The translations under genes and the position numbers were made by a program. From the NCBI RefSeq assembly GCF_964355755.1, contig NC_092673.1, positions 11,876,948 to 11,940,947 of the forward strand: a stretch of 64,000 bases of DNA, read 5' to 3'. This stretch comes from Antedon mediterranea. Lineage: Eukaryota; Animalia; Echinodermata. The notes under the pieces were generated by a model. It had not been told where the DNA came from. It worked only from the letters and a program-made list of their open reading frames with translations, and searched no databases. Positions 1-14,900 of this stretch are shown here, in pieces (the first letter of the stretch is position 1; each line of letters begins with the position of its first letter).

Positions 1-2997
1 AGAGAGATAACTGTAACCATCGGCGATTTAAATTTTAATAGAGCCGTATATTATTTGTAGCGATTTTTAATAATTTGTATTTCGTTTCCAATGTCAGTCA
101 TTTTTATCATTATTCGAGTTTATGTCCGAATACATTTATTTTTTGGCATTGTGTTGTATAATGCAGTAAATAAATCCTATTGATTATTTTTGAATACTTA
201 AAATGCCACTACCACAACTTTTACTATTCAGTTTAATAACGTTACACTGCAGATTTTTTTATGTACAATTTTAGATAATTTATTGATTACTATTGTAACA
301 TTGATCCGACTGACATACGGATGCACGCAGATGACTTTCGACGATTATCATACAATATGGTACAAGCGGTTGGTTCAGTCCCCAAAATTACGAACAGGAC
401 AAAACGCAAACACACACTACAATAAACGTCGGAAATCTGATAGTACGGTATTTGAGTGCGATTTTCCAGTTGGTTGCAAGTGTTAGGCTTGTCCCCATCG
501 ATTGTCCACGCGCCGCCGTGTTTTGTATGAATGCCCTAGGCCCTCTATCGATTGTGTTTAATGTAGCAATAAGAAAAACGGGCAAGCTTGTAAGAGGAGG
601 ACGTATTGATTGAAGACGACGGGCAGGCTACATTATCTCGACAAAATTGTAATATCATCGACGTAGCTAGCCAATTACAGCTAGTAATTTTAGACTCGTG
701 GTTAGGAGAGTTTTTATGTGGTAGTCAATAGACAGGTTTAGGTGAAAAATTACAACCATTAACAAGTATTCATTCAATGGGTCTCGTGTAATTCATTTCC
801 GTTGATGGGCACACACAATTTTAACTCTCTAAACTTACAATTGTTCGTTTAATTATTGAATAATACATAATAGACTTAACAGTTTAAAATGTGAATATTG
901 TATAACACGTTAATCTAGATATGAAGTTTTCTTAATAATACACCTCTAAAAGTGTTTGTCAATTAACGAAATTATTTTGATATAGGCCTACATGAGTATT
1001 ATAAAATCAATCGGCAAGCAAATTGATCGAAATACACATTTCTAAAAAAATAATTTCAAACTTGAAAATCGTGTGTCGTGTTTAGTTGTGGTCTTTGTTA
1101 AAGAGAAAGACAGAATAATTAGTACCATAGGCCTAGACAAACTTCCCACTCCTAACAGTTAGTTTAATGTATTTTGGGTATTATATACACTTTTTCAGCC
1201 AGCCAACAAAATGGGCTATAAATATCACGCTTTTTATTGCACCTCGTACAGGTAAACCATAGCTTCAATGCGCTTCAGACAACATTCTTCAACACATAAG
1301 CAAAATGAAAACATGCTGTATTTTTGTAGAAAGAAGATTGATACAAAATTAACCATGTAAAAAACAGATATTTTCAAAAGTACGGTACATTTTTTGTTCA
1401 GTACAGTACATTGTTGCCCTGTTGTCCATATTCGAATCGTTTATATCATTTGTGCATACTCTGAAATGTTAAAAACTTAATAGCTCACAACATACTCCCA
1501 GCCCACACATCTAATTTGTACAAATCCACCAGATAGCATGAAAATTAACACGTTTTTCTATCGGTAGTGTTTACACCAAAACATTGTACATTATTACGTT
1601 TTAAAATTCTGAGAAAGTTTTCCATCATCCAGCCTAAAATGATTGATTGATTGATTGATTAATTTTAAAACCTTTTACCTACTTATGTCACATCACTACC
1701 ATATTTAAGCATAACTATTATATTTGGGCACACTTTTTTTGTCAAACTAGTTTGATAGCGCATACAAACAGAGCTGTAGAGTACCGTAGTTTTAGAATGT
1801 TAGTCAACATTAACCAATATATAATTTAAATATTCTTAATTTTTTTATGTTTCAAATGATTGCTGATTGATATACTTTATATACCATATTTTTATACATC
1901 TTTATATATCTCTATATATAATTTTAGTAATGTTGTTTGTACTTGTGTACCATACCATGTCTTATTGTTTTATGAGGGCACACTTTATTTCTGTTATTTT
2001 ATATTATTTGTATATTGTTCTTTGTTTTATTCTTGAAGTATTCTTGAATACTATTTAGATAATGTACATAATATTGATAAACATTGTTGAAATAACCGAA
2101 GGGTCGAAACATGGCAGAATTCTTGCTACAATAGCTATCACGTCGTCCACGTTAAGTGATTTGACTGATAACTAACTACACAAGCAAGACAGACTGGCTC
2201 TTCATAGCTCATTGTTAATGTTAGTGAACATCTTTGCACAAAACTATATACCGGTATTGGTTTTTTGACAAATTTATGAACTCCAAGGTCGCAGTTAATA
2301 TTTGGTGAATTGATACGTTAAAGTGGTGAACACTTAACACCTTGTTAGGTTATGGCCCATGTCATCATTATAAGGGTTCTCTCGATTTGTCACACTCATG
2401 GGATGTATTGACAACACGAGGCCGTGATCTAAGCCAGTGAATGGTGTTGATTTATTTCCATTTCCACTTGTATCAGTAATTCATGACATGAGAAAGTATA
2501 ATAGCTTTGGAAGACTTTAGTTTGAGAGTTCCGTTTCCAAAAAATAATTATACATTTAAAGACTAGTCCCTGAACTTATTTCGATTTTCAACAAAACGTT
2601 TAAACGATTTTTGTGTGTACCGTAGTAGCATAGGCCTATAAAACAGTAGTTAAATAATAAAAATATAATTTATAAATTGACACAACGGAAGAGATTTGCA
2701 AACACAGTCAAACACTAATAATAATAATAATAATAATAGGTACACAATCGATTCGCATGGAATATCGGGTTAGTTAGTTAGTATGGTATAGAGAAACAGC
2801 AATACTTTCAGTTAACGTTAATTAACATGTTTCATTGTGTCAGGATATAATGTTTAGTAACAGTTGAAAGATGGCCGATCAGAAAGTCAACACTTGATTT
2901 AGGAATTAAGCTCTTTTGTAAGTGAAACGTACTATAAACCTTTAAGGCCCATTTACACTAGGATGATAACGATAACGATCGACGATAAATATATAGC

Positions 2998-3301
2998 ATG
3001 CATTTCTTACATAAAACAAAAGAAATTAGAAAGGTCTTCGTTCTAGAACTATAGGATAATCATTTAGGCCTATGCTGTCTTTGATAAAAAAATAATATTT
3101 TTAAAATCCAATCAAGTGACGTCATGATAAATAAAAACAATAAAATCGTTGTATTGTCACGATGTTATTGCTCTTATTAATCATTGATTGGATGTGTGAA
3201 AATATCATTTTCATCCAAGGAAGCATAGATGGTTATTCTATAGTTCTAGAATGAAATGTTTTTATATTTATTTTGTTTTAGCCTATATATGAAAAATGCA
3301 T
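2998..3301. mobile_element. Degenerate foldback/MITE in the Lmx1 intron
   Basis: Imperfect inverted arms: ttcgttctagaactataggataatc...tatgc...atccaatca versus tgattggat...gcatag...ggttattctatagttctagaatgaa. Confidence 0.5.
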
Positions 3302-6300
3302 ATTTGTCTATACTTTAAAAATATTTAAAACCCGAAAGTTAATTTACAACAACAAAAAAATTAAAAAAACATGTCTTAATTAACATTATTTATTGTTGCA
3401 ATTTAGATTATCCTGAAACAGCAACTGCTTCAATTAAATTATCTAAATTTGCTCCATGTGGTATACTTTAATTTTATGAGCAAACTATTTTATTTTTTGG
3501 ACAAATTTTTGTCAATTAGTTCACATAAATATCGACAAAAGCTAAATTATAATTAAATTTTAAAAGGTAAAGAGTGTTTATATATCCTTTAAATCGGTTT
3601 GAATCATAGAACAGGGAAGAGTAAATCTCACCACAGTGTAACAGTCAATTTTCCTTTCTACGTTGTCGTCTTTCTTATCATTGCTCATAATCGCTAGGTC
3701 CAGGATGGGTACCGTACATTAAATATAGCATCAGGGACAATACACGGTACAAAATAGTCCATCATCTGCTAAGTTTCTCATGGTAAGTAAATAGAAATAG
3801 ATAGAACAATAGGCCTATGGATTATTATTAATAAACAAGTCAAGAATTCTGTTGGTGTGTATCAGTTGGTTTGTTTGAGTTCCAAAAAGTACGCATAGAC
3901 GCGTAGTTTAGAAATATCTTGTAATGCTGCTACAAAATTAAATACATCTAACAAACACAGTTTTCATTCTTAGTATAAAATCGTAGATGAGTTCAACATA
4001 CAAAACATAACAACAAAATAGTCGTTTTGTATACTATTTAAGATGCCAACAAGAATTTTTTTACTATTCGCCGTCCTTTTAAATTAATATTATAACGTGA
4101 TAACGCAACAAATATTCTTAAACCTTATACCATAAAATACCTTAATGTGTGTCATTCGTATACACTAATGACTATTTTGGAATATTTTAGAAATGAGTTT
4201 ATGATTTTTACCCATGCACTGAAAATTAACAACCATAATTTGAATTTTTTGCCAGACTAAAGTAACTTTGACATTAAAGAGTTTAGTGAGAAACTGATAG
4301 GAATTATTCTTATATTAATTTATGTTGTTACCATTCATTAATGTTATTGCCGTTGTCGAAGTAATTCGAATGAAGATGGAGCGAAGATACAAAGTGAACT
4401 GGACTATTATTATGGACCAATGTTGATTAAATGTACTGGGTCAATCCACTGCTAAACACATCAGCATGATTCTACATTAAGAACTTGCAGTAAAAAAGCT
4501 CGACAGCCCTATTAACTCAACTCGACATAAAACCTGAACGTGCGACATGTTTACAATAGATCACAATTATCTTCACTTGGATGCAGTTCAGTGACGAAAG
4601 CATCAGTAAAAGAAGTAAACTAAAGTGAGGCTTGTCAAACACATAATCACCGGATTCTAGCAAATGATTTACCGGGCATCATAGGCTACGCGCATCATTG
4701 CGCACGGTCCCCGTGGATACCCACTGATATTCCCTTTGAACATTTTGGCGGGCCTAGGCAGAAAACTCGAGGGATAAAAGGATGTTTTTGCTTATTGTTC
4801 CAGGTGAATTAACGCCTCTGAAATCGGATTTACACGAGAGACACGTGTGGGGGTTAGAAAAGGTCATCACTGAACGAACTTTATTATTATAAATCCTCAA
4901 ATTATGTTGTTATTTATAGAAATGGGACACATCGAGGCAGTGTCGCGAATTATGTTGGTGGGGTGGTGGTGTCATTAGTAATTAGCGGAGGTACTAAACA
5001 CAACTAAAATGCTGTAGTTTTATTTAATTTTTTAAATATTAATTTTTACCACTATGCATAGAACTATTACTAAAATGATATAATAATGTTTACAACAATA
5101 GCTGTCGACGTAACGAGTTGTACATTTTAGTATTACAGGTGTTTTATTATTCATCATCAATGAATAGTAATGCGGTGTTTTAGAATTTGACACAAAGAAA
5201 TTGTGTGAGGCCTATACACACCATATTACGATTGTACTATTATTTCATGGATAATATTTCAACACTAAATCAACAATATTATCTAAAATTTACACAAGTG
5301 TAGCTTCTACAAACAACGCAGATTGATACGTCAGCTATAAATTCACGGCCCTAACTCAACTGTTGGTAGGAAGAGTAAAAAAAGTCGTTTCTGATACAAC
5401 ATTTTCAGGGTTGTGGTTCTCAATATTTTTGGAAGTTTATGTGACTCGAGTGCAAAGTCCGCGGAAATAATAGAAGGGGAAAGGAAAAACAACAGAAAAT
5501 GAATGAATGAATAGAAATTATTGAAGTCAATGACACAAATTAGAAACGCCTTTCTAAGACAAACAATATTCACCCATTTTGAAAAATAAAAGAATTTAAA
5601 TGGCATTTAGTTATACGATGGATGATGGCGTGGCAATATTAAGATTGACATTTTTAATAAACTTTTCAGTAATTTTTATTCAAACGCTTCACCTATATTA
5701 GGCCTATATTTTAATAAGTTACGGTGTTCAATACGTGCCCATGGCACTATGCTGCCATTATTTATAGGTTTATGTATACCAAAAATAGACTTTAGTGATG
5801 TTGTAAAAGCAATGGCTTAGGCCTATATTAATTTTTTGTCGTTAATATAGTATGGCCTACTAAAAATCGATTATGAAATTCTATATATGATAACTCACTA
5901 TTCGGTCTTCAGTTGAGATACATTTAATGTGAATCGTAAAAACTTTTCCACGTAATTAGTCTTTCTTGCGTTGAAGAAAGGAAAGAACTTGCCCACTAAA
6001 CGTATTAGAATGACTATACGTGTGTGAGATCAATGTGGAATACAGGAATTACGGACTTCAGTTAATACATGAGATTATATCTAATAAAACATTTGTAATA
6101 CAGATAACACACCAATACTGTCATGCGATTAAGAGTAAACAGAATTAAATATAAGGTCCAAATAATGAAAACGATCGACACACAGCCAGATCAACCTTAG
6201 TGCAGTTATCGAATTTCGATGTATAATGATATATATTGTGTCGTGAATATCTGTGTTACAAATCTTCTTTAGATTTGTTTTTAAACAATTACATTTGCTG

Positions 6301-8371
6301 CGCTGAAATTCTACCTCTGCATTTTAATTAATAGGTTATTTTCATAGGATTCATGTTCCGTTAGCCTACTTACTGAAATGCCGGAATGACTGAATAACTG
6401 ATTGCATAAAAACAAAAGTACATTAAGGTAGAGGTTTATGGTCGCGTGCCGTTTAGTGACAACTCACACTTAAGTAAGTCTAGCGGCTTACATAGCAAGT
6501 TCAAAACAAAACCAACGGCGTTGTAATGTAAACACAACCTTTTGTTTGAAATCTTAATCGTTAATGAAGCATTTACTTTAGTTCGATCTCTTGTCTGAGT
6601 AGGTTAGTCAGCTGGAAGGACTGTTTTGTCATGGTCTTCGAGGGCTAACAAGTGTTTTTGCAGGAAGTGAAATCGATTGTATAAGGTGTGCACAGGCCTA
6701 GCAAAGCTGGTATGACGGAGACAAGCTTTTAACGCTAAGCAGCAACGTGTGTTTTACCACCAAAATCAAATTAATTGTTATCTAAATCGCGAAGAAAATA
6801 AATAATTATATTACTTGTTTTGAGTTTGAGTCTTAGGTCGTGCAATACTCATTTAAGTTAGGTATTAATGAAATTAATTAGAACCTTAAACTGAGTTCTG
6901 GAAAACAAACCACCCACTTAAATAGGCATATACAGTACTATGAGATAATGCCTAAAATCTTAAACTGAAAAAGTATAATAGGCTTTGCAAAATTGAATAA
7001 TATTTTATGAGACCAACATTTTTCTAGTCGACAATTTCCAAACTGATAACTGATAATCGAAAGGGTGCAATTTTAGGGTAAACAAACTATCTCATTGTCT
7101 ATTCGATAGATTAATTTAGAAACATCAAACCATCGATCTACATTTTCCAAAGACGTTAACATTAGCCTTCCAACAAAGAACCATACTTTCATTAAATTTG
7201 CGTATCCAATTGTTTAAAACACGCGTGCAACAATTCTGACGAACTGTGTTTATTCTATTACCTCAATCGTATCACAGCATACAATGTTACAAATTCAATT
7301 GGCGGCACATGCATTCGCATAATGTTACCATTGAAAGTGTTGGATAGCACTATCAGCCAAATAAATGCCCCACGTATTACTTTGCTTGAATACTTTTTTT
7401 TTCTAATTACAAAGATCATGATGTATTTCGATTTTAAAGGCTAAATAAAGAATGAATGAATGAATGAATGACGTAGGCCTACTTAGATATAGTAGGCCAG
7501 TAGTTTTAACACGTGCATTCGAGAGTGTACGTATATCGCGGGTGGTGGTCTTGACGCGTGTAGTTGTTACGCAAACCGCTTCATTCTAAGTTAAAACAAA
7601 GGTTAAACCTAAACCACCCGTGATAATTCTAGGCATGCACACATATACATATCTATTTTACGGTGATAATGTTTGTATCCTTACTGCTTAAGTCTGCTTG
7701 TAAATAATTGATACTGTTTTAAAGCGGGAAAATCTAGCTTAGAGCAAACATCAATAACCCTTGCGGGTGACAAGACGTACTATGAAGAGGAAAATGTGAA
7801 CGCGTGCATGTTTCATAACAAGCTTAGCGGCAGGTGGAATGGCAGGTTGATTCGAGCTAAGCATCTTCACAAACGTGAAACGGCACGGTAGTAACACAAA
7901 GAGTCATTATTTGTCAGTAAAGCCAAAGATCACGGCAAGACAGTGAGTGCATCTCAATACTGTAATCGCAACAGGAAATCTTCTTCGATAAATCGGTGGA
8001 TGTTCTTCCAAAATCGACACCCAAAGTGTTTTGGCGCCAACCGACACATGCATTATGCATGCTATATATAGTAACCCACATTTACTAAATAAAAACATTG
8101 TAACTTTTTAATTATCTGGAAAAATTGTTTTTTTTTATGGGTAAAACATTTCGACTCACGTAGGCCTCCTACATTGCTAGAGTAAGTGAGACCATTTTCA
8201 ATGAAACTTGACAATGAAATCTAACTACTTTTTATCTGTAAATTGACCCATCACTGCATTCCTATAATCAACATCCCCTCCATAAACATCCACATATTCA
8301 TCATCTTTATCCATCCACATATTATTTTAATTTCCTTCAATGTTAACTATAGCACAATTAAATTCATTTAC

Positions 8372-8561
8372 CTTTCATAGTCATTTTTACAGTAGAGCTT
8401 TCGATCACGTGAGAAACACGAATGAATAAGTCGCTGTTGACAAACATAGCATTGTAAACAGCTTTCATGCCAGCTATTTTCCATCACTTTCATAAAGTAT
8501 CTATCCTCAATGGCAATCTGGCAGCCTGTACACACCTCTTTGGTGAGTTTCATGCCGTTCA
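8372..8561 (-). CDS. LMX1B: Lmx1-class LIM-homeobox transcription factor, exon encoding LIM domain 1
   Basis: Translation [64 protein letters not shown] is a full LIM zinc finger closely resembling LMX1A/B LIM1 (SWHEECLQC...[11 protein letters not shown]). Acceptor tttgcag (phase 1), donor gtaaat (phase 2), 190 nt. The symbol denotes the LMX1A/B pro-orthologue. LIM2 and homeodomain exons were not found in 1-8371. Confidence 0.9.
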
Positions 8562-9730
8562 CTGCAAAGTAATCACAAATTACAAAGTTATACTTCACAT
8601 TTTTGTTTCTAATATTTTCGGTAATATTCATCGATAGTTCAAAGATAATAGTGATGCCTAACGATAATACTAATGACATGCCTGATAATGACGTTATGTG
8701 TTAACATATGCGTAAAACTATTTATGGTAACGATGACGCTTATTTTAGTGTACCGTACTGTTTGATGGTGATGATCATGGGCGTGTTTGGGTTTTTGAGG
8801 GAAAACATACGATCAAACATGGACTGGCCCAGCCTAAGAATCCTTTTATTTTTGCATTTTTATTGGGTAAATCATTTCGTATACCTACAATCAGATATGA
8901 CTGATCTAAAAAATCAGAGAGAGAGATCGTTGTATTAAAATCAAGCCTCGTCCAAAACTACCTTCACTGTATAAAATGTAATGGTGTATTATTACAAACT
9001 AATTACTAACAATCGAACGCAGAAACATTTCGAAGTATGATATAAAATAAGCTATCTAATAATTAACAGGTAAATTTTATAAACAAAGTGCAACAATTCA
9101 AGATCAAAGACGTAGAAATAAGAAATTGATATACCCATGACTATATTATTATGTGCTCACACACATAAGATGAAATATTAGAATAAACATAAAATGGCAT
9201 ATAATAAGTTAACTATCCATCAATGTCATAATATTTAAAGCCTTGGGTAAGTTGTTTCTTAATGAAAGTCATAATAATTATTTATACGTGTTCTATCAAC
9301 CATATCAATATTTTGATATCAATATTATTTGATATCAATATTTTACTTTTATTGTGCATTAGTGGCCATCCACATACAGTAACAATATTTTGTAGGCTAC
9401 CACTCTAACGTTGCTTTGTTTATTTCGTAGTTTCAGTCTCACGTAATTTTTACGGTAAATTACTATATATTATATTCTAAAAAAAAACAAAATGTTGTTG
9501 TTGAATATGCCATTTTTACCAAAAAATGGATCGAGAAAAAAAATATTTCCCTTAAAAAACTGTAATCTAAAGCAAAAAAAATGTAAAATCTTTAATGCAA
9601 TCTGAGGGGATGTAATCAAATAAATAGTGGAATAATGACATTTAAGCTATTCCGGATAACCAACATCATGAGTATCTTTAATATTCAATTCTCATGCAAT
9701 AATTACACGTAATAAATAACATAATGTTAC

Positions 9731-9802
9731 CTGTAGGTGGTGAGATGGGATACTCATCTGTCATATTTTGCCCCTCTAGCTTCATTGCAATACTCAATGA
9801 AT
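9731..9802 (-). CDS. LMX1B: Lmx1 N-terminal exon (ATG at 9785, MKLEGQNMTDEYPISPPT)
   Basis: tttcag acceptor, 72-nt open exon, phase-1 donor G|gtaac that joins the LIM1 exon in frame (G|TG = Val). MKLE resembles the IKME motif of vertebrate LMX1 N-termini. Confidence 0.65.
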
Positions 9803-11392
9803 CTGAAAATTACAACAAAAAAAACAATGCAATATGGGCGCAGTATATAAAACAATATCGAACCAATTTTGTGACCATTTTCATCATCAATAACACACAA
9901 ACCATCATTAATTTACATCACAATCAATGATCTTACATCTTTAAAATACGCATGGAGATGTTTAGTACAAGACGCAGTTATTATTAGGCCTACGTTTATT
10001 ATAACGGTACAATAGATACCCAGTCTGATTCCAAGAGTAAGATGATAGTGCTTGGTATAAGTAAAACATTAATTTCAATGTTCGACGAATATCAATAATT
10101 ACCAACAAACCTTACAGGGTGTGAGATTCAACTGCTTTTACATAATGTTTATGTTAAACAACAGTCGATAGATAGGCTTAACATAGCCCATTACATTTGA
10201 CAAATGAGTAAGCACAGAATCCAAAGCCCAAATAATTAACGTTGGCGCAATAAAAGTTTATAATAATTACTATGGATTTTTTGATAAATGGAAATTTTAA
10301 ATAATAATAATACTGAATGCAATTAAATTGCACAGGCATTTGGTAATTGAAAAACAGGTACTTTTTAACAATAAAAAAACAAGAAACGTTATACAGGCCC
10401 TAATGTTGTTTGATGCGGTCAAGAATGTGGCAGACAAACTGAGGAACAAGTTCCTATAACCGTAAAGTTTTTGACCGCCCTTAGAAAAGACAATATGAAT
10501 TAAATATATTATATTTACCTATCGACAAGCAAAAGTAAAAGGTTTTGTTTATATTGTTATAAACAAACTTGAAAATCAAGATTTATTCTTTAACTCTTAA
10601 AATATTACAAATTGTAACAACATATTAATAAGTTAGGCCTATGTTTTAACTTCTTGTTTGACCATTTTAAACAATCAAAATGAATTGCTGTGTCCTTGGC
10701 GCTAAATAAATACAAACATGGAGGAACTAATTCCTCTATAATTATAAATAACATAATATGGTTTATAACAGTATAATTACTATAATTAAATTTGAACTAC
10801 AAAATTTAAAAAAAAATTAATTGGTGTAGGCCTATTATATTTGGATATATGGCTGTTTGGTATGCTGGTGTAGGCCTATGTACCGGTTTACATTGTGAAG
10901 TGAGTCACGTAACATGATTTCATGTATTCTCCAACTTGTGACGTCAGGTAATTTGGTAAAATGAATAAAACTAGTTTACGACCTTCATAAACGAATTATG
11001 TCATATCTTCTGTAGTTTATATAAACGAATTCTATAACTAGCACACCCATTGACCTATAAATAATTGAACAATAATGCATGCACAAATTATGAATTTATC
11101 AATAATCTTCTGAAAGAAAATGTAAACACTGAAACAATTCATCACACACCTGTTCAATCAAATATCAATACAAAATGTCTTGAAGTAGTCCAAAACTTCA
11201 AAAAAAGACAACAGGTTCCGACCAAGTATAGTAAAAATGATCAAATCCAATCAATTGTATTAGTAATCCAAACGTTAACAATATTGCTGTTATATCATCG
11301 AAAGTTCAAGTTATCTGAAAACAACCAGAAACACAATCGCTGCGAAAATAATCGACAGATAAAAATCTACGTGTACGCGTACGTAACAGTGA

Positions 11393-11630
11393 CTTTAAAC
11401 GACTGACGATCGACGACGTCCTAGTCAAAGGCATCACTCGCACTCATACCACTTGACACTTCGTATGTGGGTGGAGCATATGCCACTAGGTATTCTTCCG
11501 CGTTTTCACTCCTCCTGAGAGCAAAACCGTAGTCACTGACTGGTTCAATGTATCCGCCTACTATGAATATTAAATATTTAATGAATATTCACGAATGTAG
11601 TTGACATTATTTAATACGGTTGCGTCATCG
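11393..11630 (-). promoter_or_regulatory. Candidate Lmx1 promoter / transcription start
   Basis: Minus-strand Inr-like TCAGTC at 11406-11401 in a locally CpG-richer patch, with GGGTGG and TGCGTCA motifs upstream. It lies 1.6 kb 5' of the first identified exon. Motif evidence only. Confidence 0.25.
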
Positions 11631-11941
11631 ACAACAAATAATGAGTACAATCAACTCGGACAATATAATGTATTATCTTGAAGGAAAACAAAATAAATAT
11701 ACAATTAAAATATATATATATAAATTATTTAAACTGTAAACATTGTTTTATTTCATTTTCCACTGTCACGAATTAGTTTCACTTTGATAAAAAAAAAAAA
11801 AACAAGTCTGTTTTCTGTGAAATGTTTGCATTGCTTAGAGTGTATATGAATTATAATGAAATGATCACTTTTATTTATAATTTATTTATATATTACATAT
11901 TTACAAAGAATAATACTATGCATATAAACACATAACAATTG

Positions 11942-11993
11942 TATATAGCCTACATATATAGCCTACATATATAGCCTACATATATAGCCTACA
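11942..11993. repeat. 13-bp tandem repeat (tatatagcctaca) x4
   Basis: Directly visible. Confidence 0.85.
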
Positions 11994-14900
11994 TTATATG
12001 TTAACGAAAAAGAGAATATCCTAAAATTGCCAGAATGCTAAATAGTTAAATAGATGGTAAAATATGAGATAGGCCTATGTTATTTTTTCGTATGGTGTTC
12101 CAGGTAATGTAGCCTAGTTCGTTATACACAGAGTAGCAAAAACTAACAACTGTTTTTATTGTGTCTTTTTGACGGGCATTTTTTATATATCGATCATTCA
12201 TATATATTCATAACTTGCAACGTGTCATTCTATAAAATAACTTTAAGTTGATAAAATGTAATCCGTGTGTCCTTACTTTTAAAAGACACTAAAAACTGAT
12301 ATATTCCTATGTTAAAATCTCTCATTGAATAATATGGTACTTTGATGCAGTATTATATTCATTACCTAATATATCAGTTACATATCGTTTAAACAGTCAC
12401 ATATACCATGTTTGCCTCTACTTATTGTTATTTAGCTTGTGTGTACGTACCACTTTTATTTCATCAAAGAATATATTTCTATATAACTGTATAACAATAA
12501 TGTTTCATTTTATTTTATTTCTATATACCATTTTAACACCCATTTCTTTTGTATTGTTTGTTCTCCTTATCTTTCTTCATTTTGTTTGACCAAATTCATA
12601 ATGTCATTCATTGATTTTTTATTTATGTTTTTTACACAAACATTAAATATTTCATTTACTACTGTGACAGTATTTGATTTGCTATTACACATAGGATAAC
12701 CGTATAATATGCATTATTGTAGGCATACACAGTAATATAGAGTACACTGTGTACCAATCGCTAACACAAACCACTTCATAGGTCTACATACATTTTTCAT
12801 ATTCACTCATCATTGTTACTGTCATGGTCGTGTGACCTATACGTTGTGGATTTTATGTTCACAAATTTAATTCAATTGTATAATAAAATGCAATATTGAT
12901 GTTTACATTTAAAATCATTTTAGTACTTTTCAAACGCTTTTTTGATAAGCCTACCGTAGGCATATACTGTATATATCTGAGAGGATTAAAAATAATATAT
13001 GCATAAATGCTGTATTATGTTTTATACCAAGGAAGAGCGATATATCAATATTTCCTGCTCTAGTGCTCCTAATAATAATATAATATCAAAAATACGGTTA
13101 CGTTTGCCTACTCCTGAAATAAACAATAATTCTATGTTTGAATGAAAAATACACTAATTAATGTAGATCCAGTTAATCCAGATCGATTATCGTCTGACTA
13201 GTGACATTGTTGCTTTGTTGACGTCTTTATTTGTTTTGTGATTGAAGGGCCATAGTTCTAAAGAGTTAATTTTATGATATGCAGATATTCCAATAAACGG
13301 ATTTCTACTTTTAGAATATTAATAGCGGGTGTTAATAATCTAAAAATACAAATAGATATTGCGGAATTTATTTCGTTTATTTTCATGATGATTGGAGGGA
13401 AGTCTATTTTTATTTAGGTAAATTGAACTTTGATTTTCAAGAGTAAGCACGTGCCAAATTGAAACAAAAGCAAAGCCCTGTGTTGCCAACGGTGCTTTGT
13501 GATGGAGATACACCGATGGGCAAAATCCATTGTTCTCGGGCTGACAGCTGGTGAAAGAAATCGCCATCAGTTCTCGGAGGAGAGCCCAAGAAGCACAGGG
13601 CAACAAGGCCTAACAGCAAGTGATAGTGACAACTTGAATCATAGTTGACAAGATAGAAAATAAAATGTATTCAAGGGACCAAGGTCAAATACTCGCTAAG
13701 CTTCGTGACGGACACAATTGATAATGGTCGGCCTGTTCGTCGGACGGTGATAATTGTAAACACGTTACAAACTTTGTCCACACTCTTAACGACTAGCATT
13801 ATTACTAATAATCAAGTAATCACTCACTCAGAAACGTAACATTAACCAAATGTTAAAATTACAAATTATTACACAATAACATATAGCAATAATTCTGACC
13901 TAAAGTAGAGTAGCCTGTGTGTAAACACGCCCTCATGCCATTATACTCGATATGTTCAACACTAATTGAATACTCTTTTGAATCTGAATGCTGTATAAAG
14001 AAATGTTAGGGTTATATCAACTTATGTTCTTTTGAACATTGTTTAAAGAAATTCGCACAGTATTCTGTACGCATTGTGGCATACACCATCAATAGACCTA
14101 AATAATATGAAGGCGACATAATGATGTGCGGCGGCGGTGCAAACCTTGGCTCTGTTTATGTTAGGACCGTAAGCTGTTGTATTCTGCTCTTATTCATCTG
14201 TTGCACTTGCTAATCCGTTACATTTAATTATATGCCACAATTACTAGTGGGAACACAATGTCAGATTGCAATACAATACACGTCGTCTGAACAGACACCA
14301 AGAAGTCATTCGGCTGATGATACACTAGTTTCTTTGTAACATAGGTCCATGGTAATACATATTTTAGGCCTAATATATATCGACACAAAAAGAACAAAAA
14401 TCAAAATTTCATATCGCTTTTTACTTTAGTGTGTTCGCTATACACTTTGGTACACTTTTGGAAATAAGTTATCAAAGAACACTCAGGAACAAATGAAGGG
14501 AATTGGAAAAAAACAGTAACACTTAAATAAATTAATAATATTAAAGATCAATATTCTCATCTATAAAATGAAATTGTTACAGTATTTTTACATGTGCCTA
14601 TGTGGCCGTTAAAATGCCCAGTAGAAGATAACCGATTTGAAAGAAAGCTTGTAGTTCCTTATACATTATGTGAGTTTTTTTATAAGGTGCAATATCCAAA
14701 GACAACCGTTGATAAAATTAACCAAACTAATTGCCTATGGGATTGTGTTCTCTTCAAGTTTTTAATTGCAGTATAACACACACCAATAAAATCCGACCCC
14801 GTCGTTAGAAAGAGACGATGCGACTGGTGTTGCTATTTCGGTTGAGCGACCAAGCCGGTTCCATGCTTGTCGCCTCATCGCGCAAACGTATTTCCTTGCA

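Noticed and set aside
10095-10200. Additional upstream Lmx1 coding exon
   Set aside because: A donor-like site exists but the phase-compatible frame hits a stop; at most a UTR exon.
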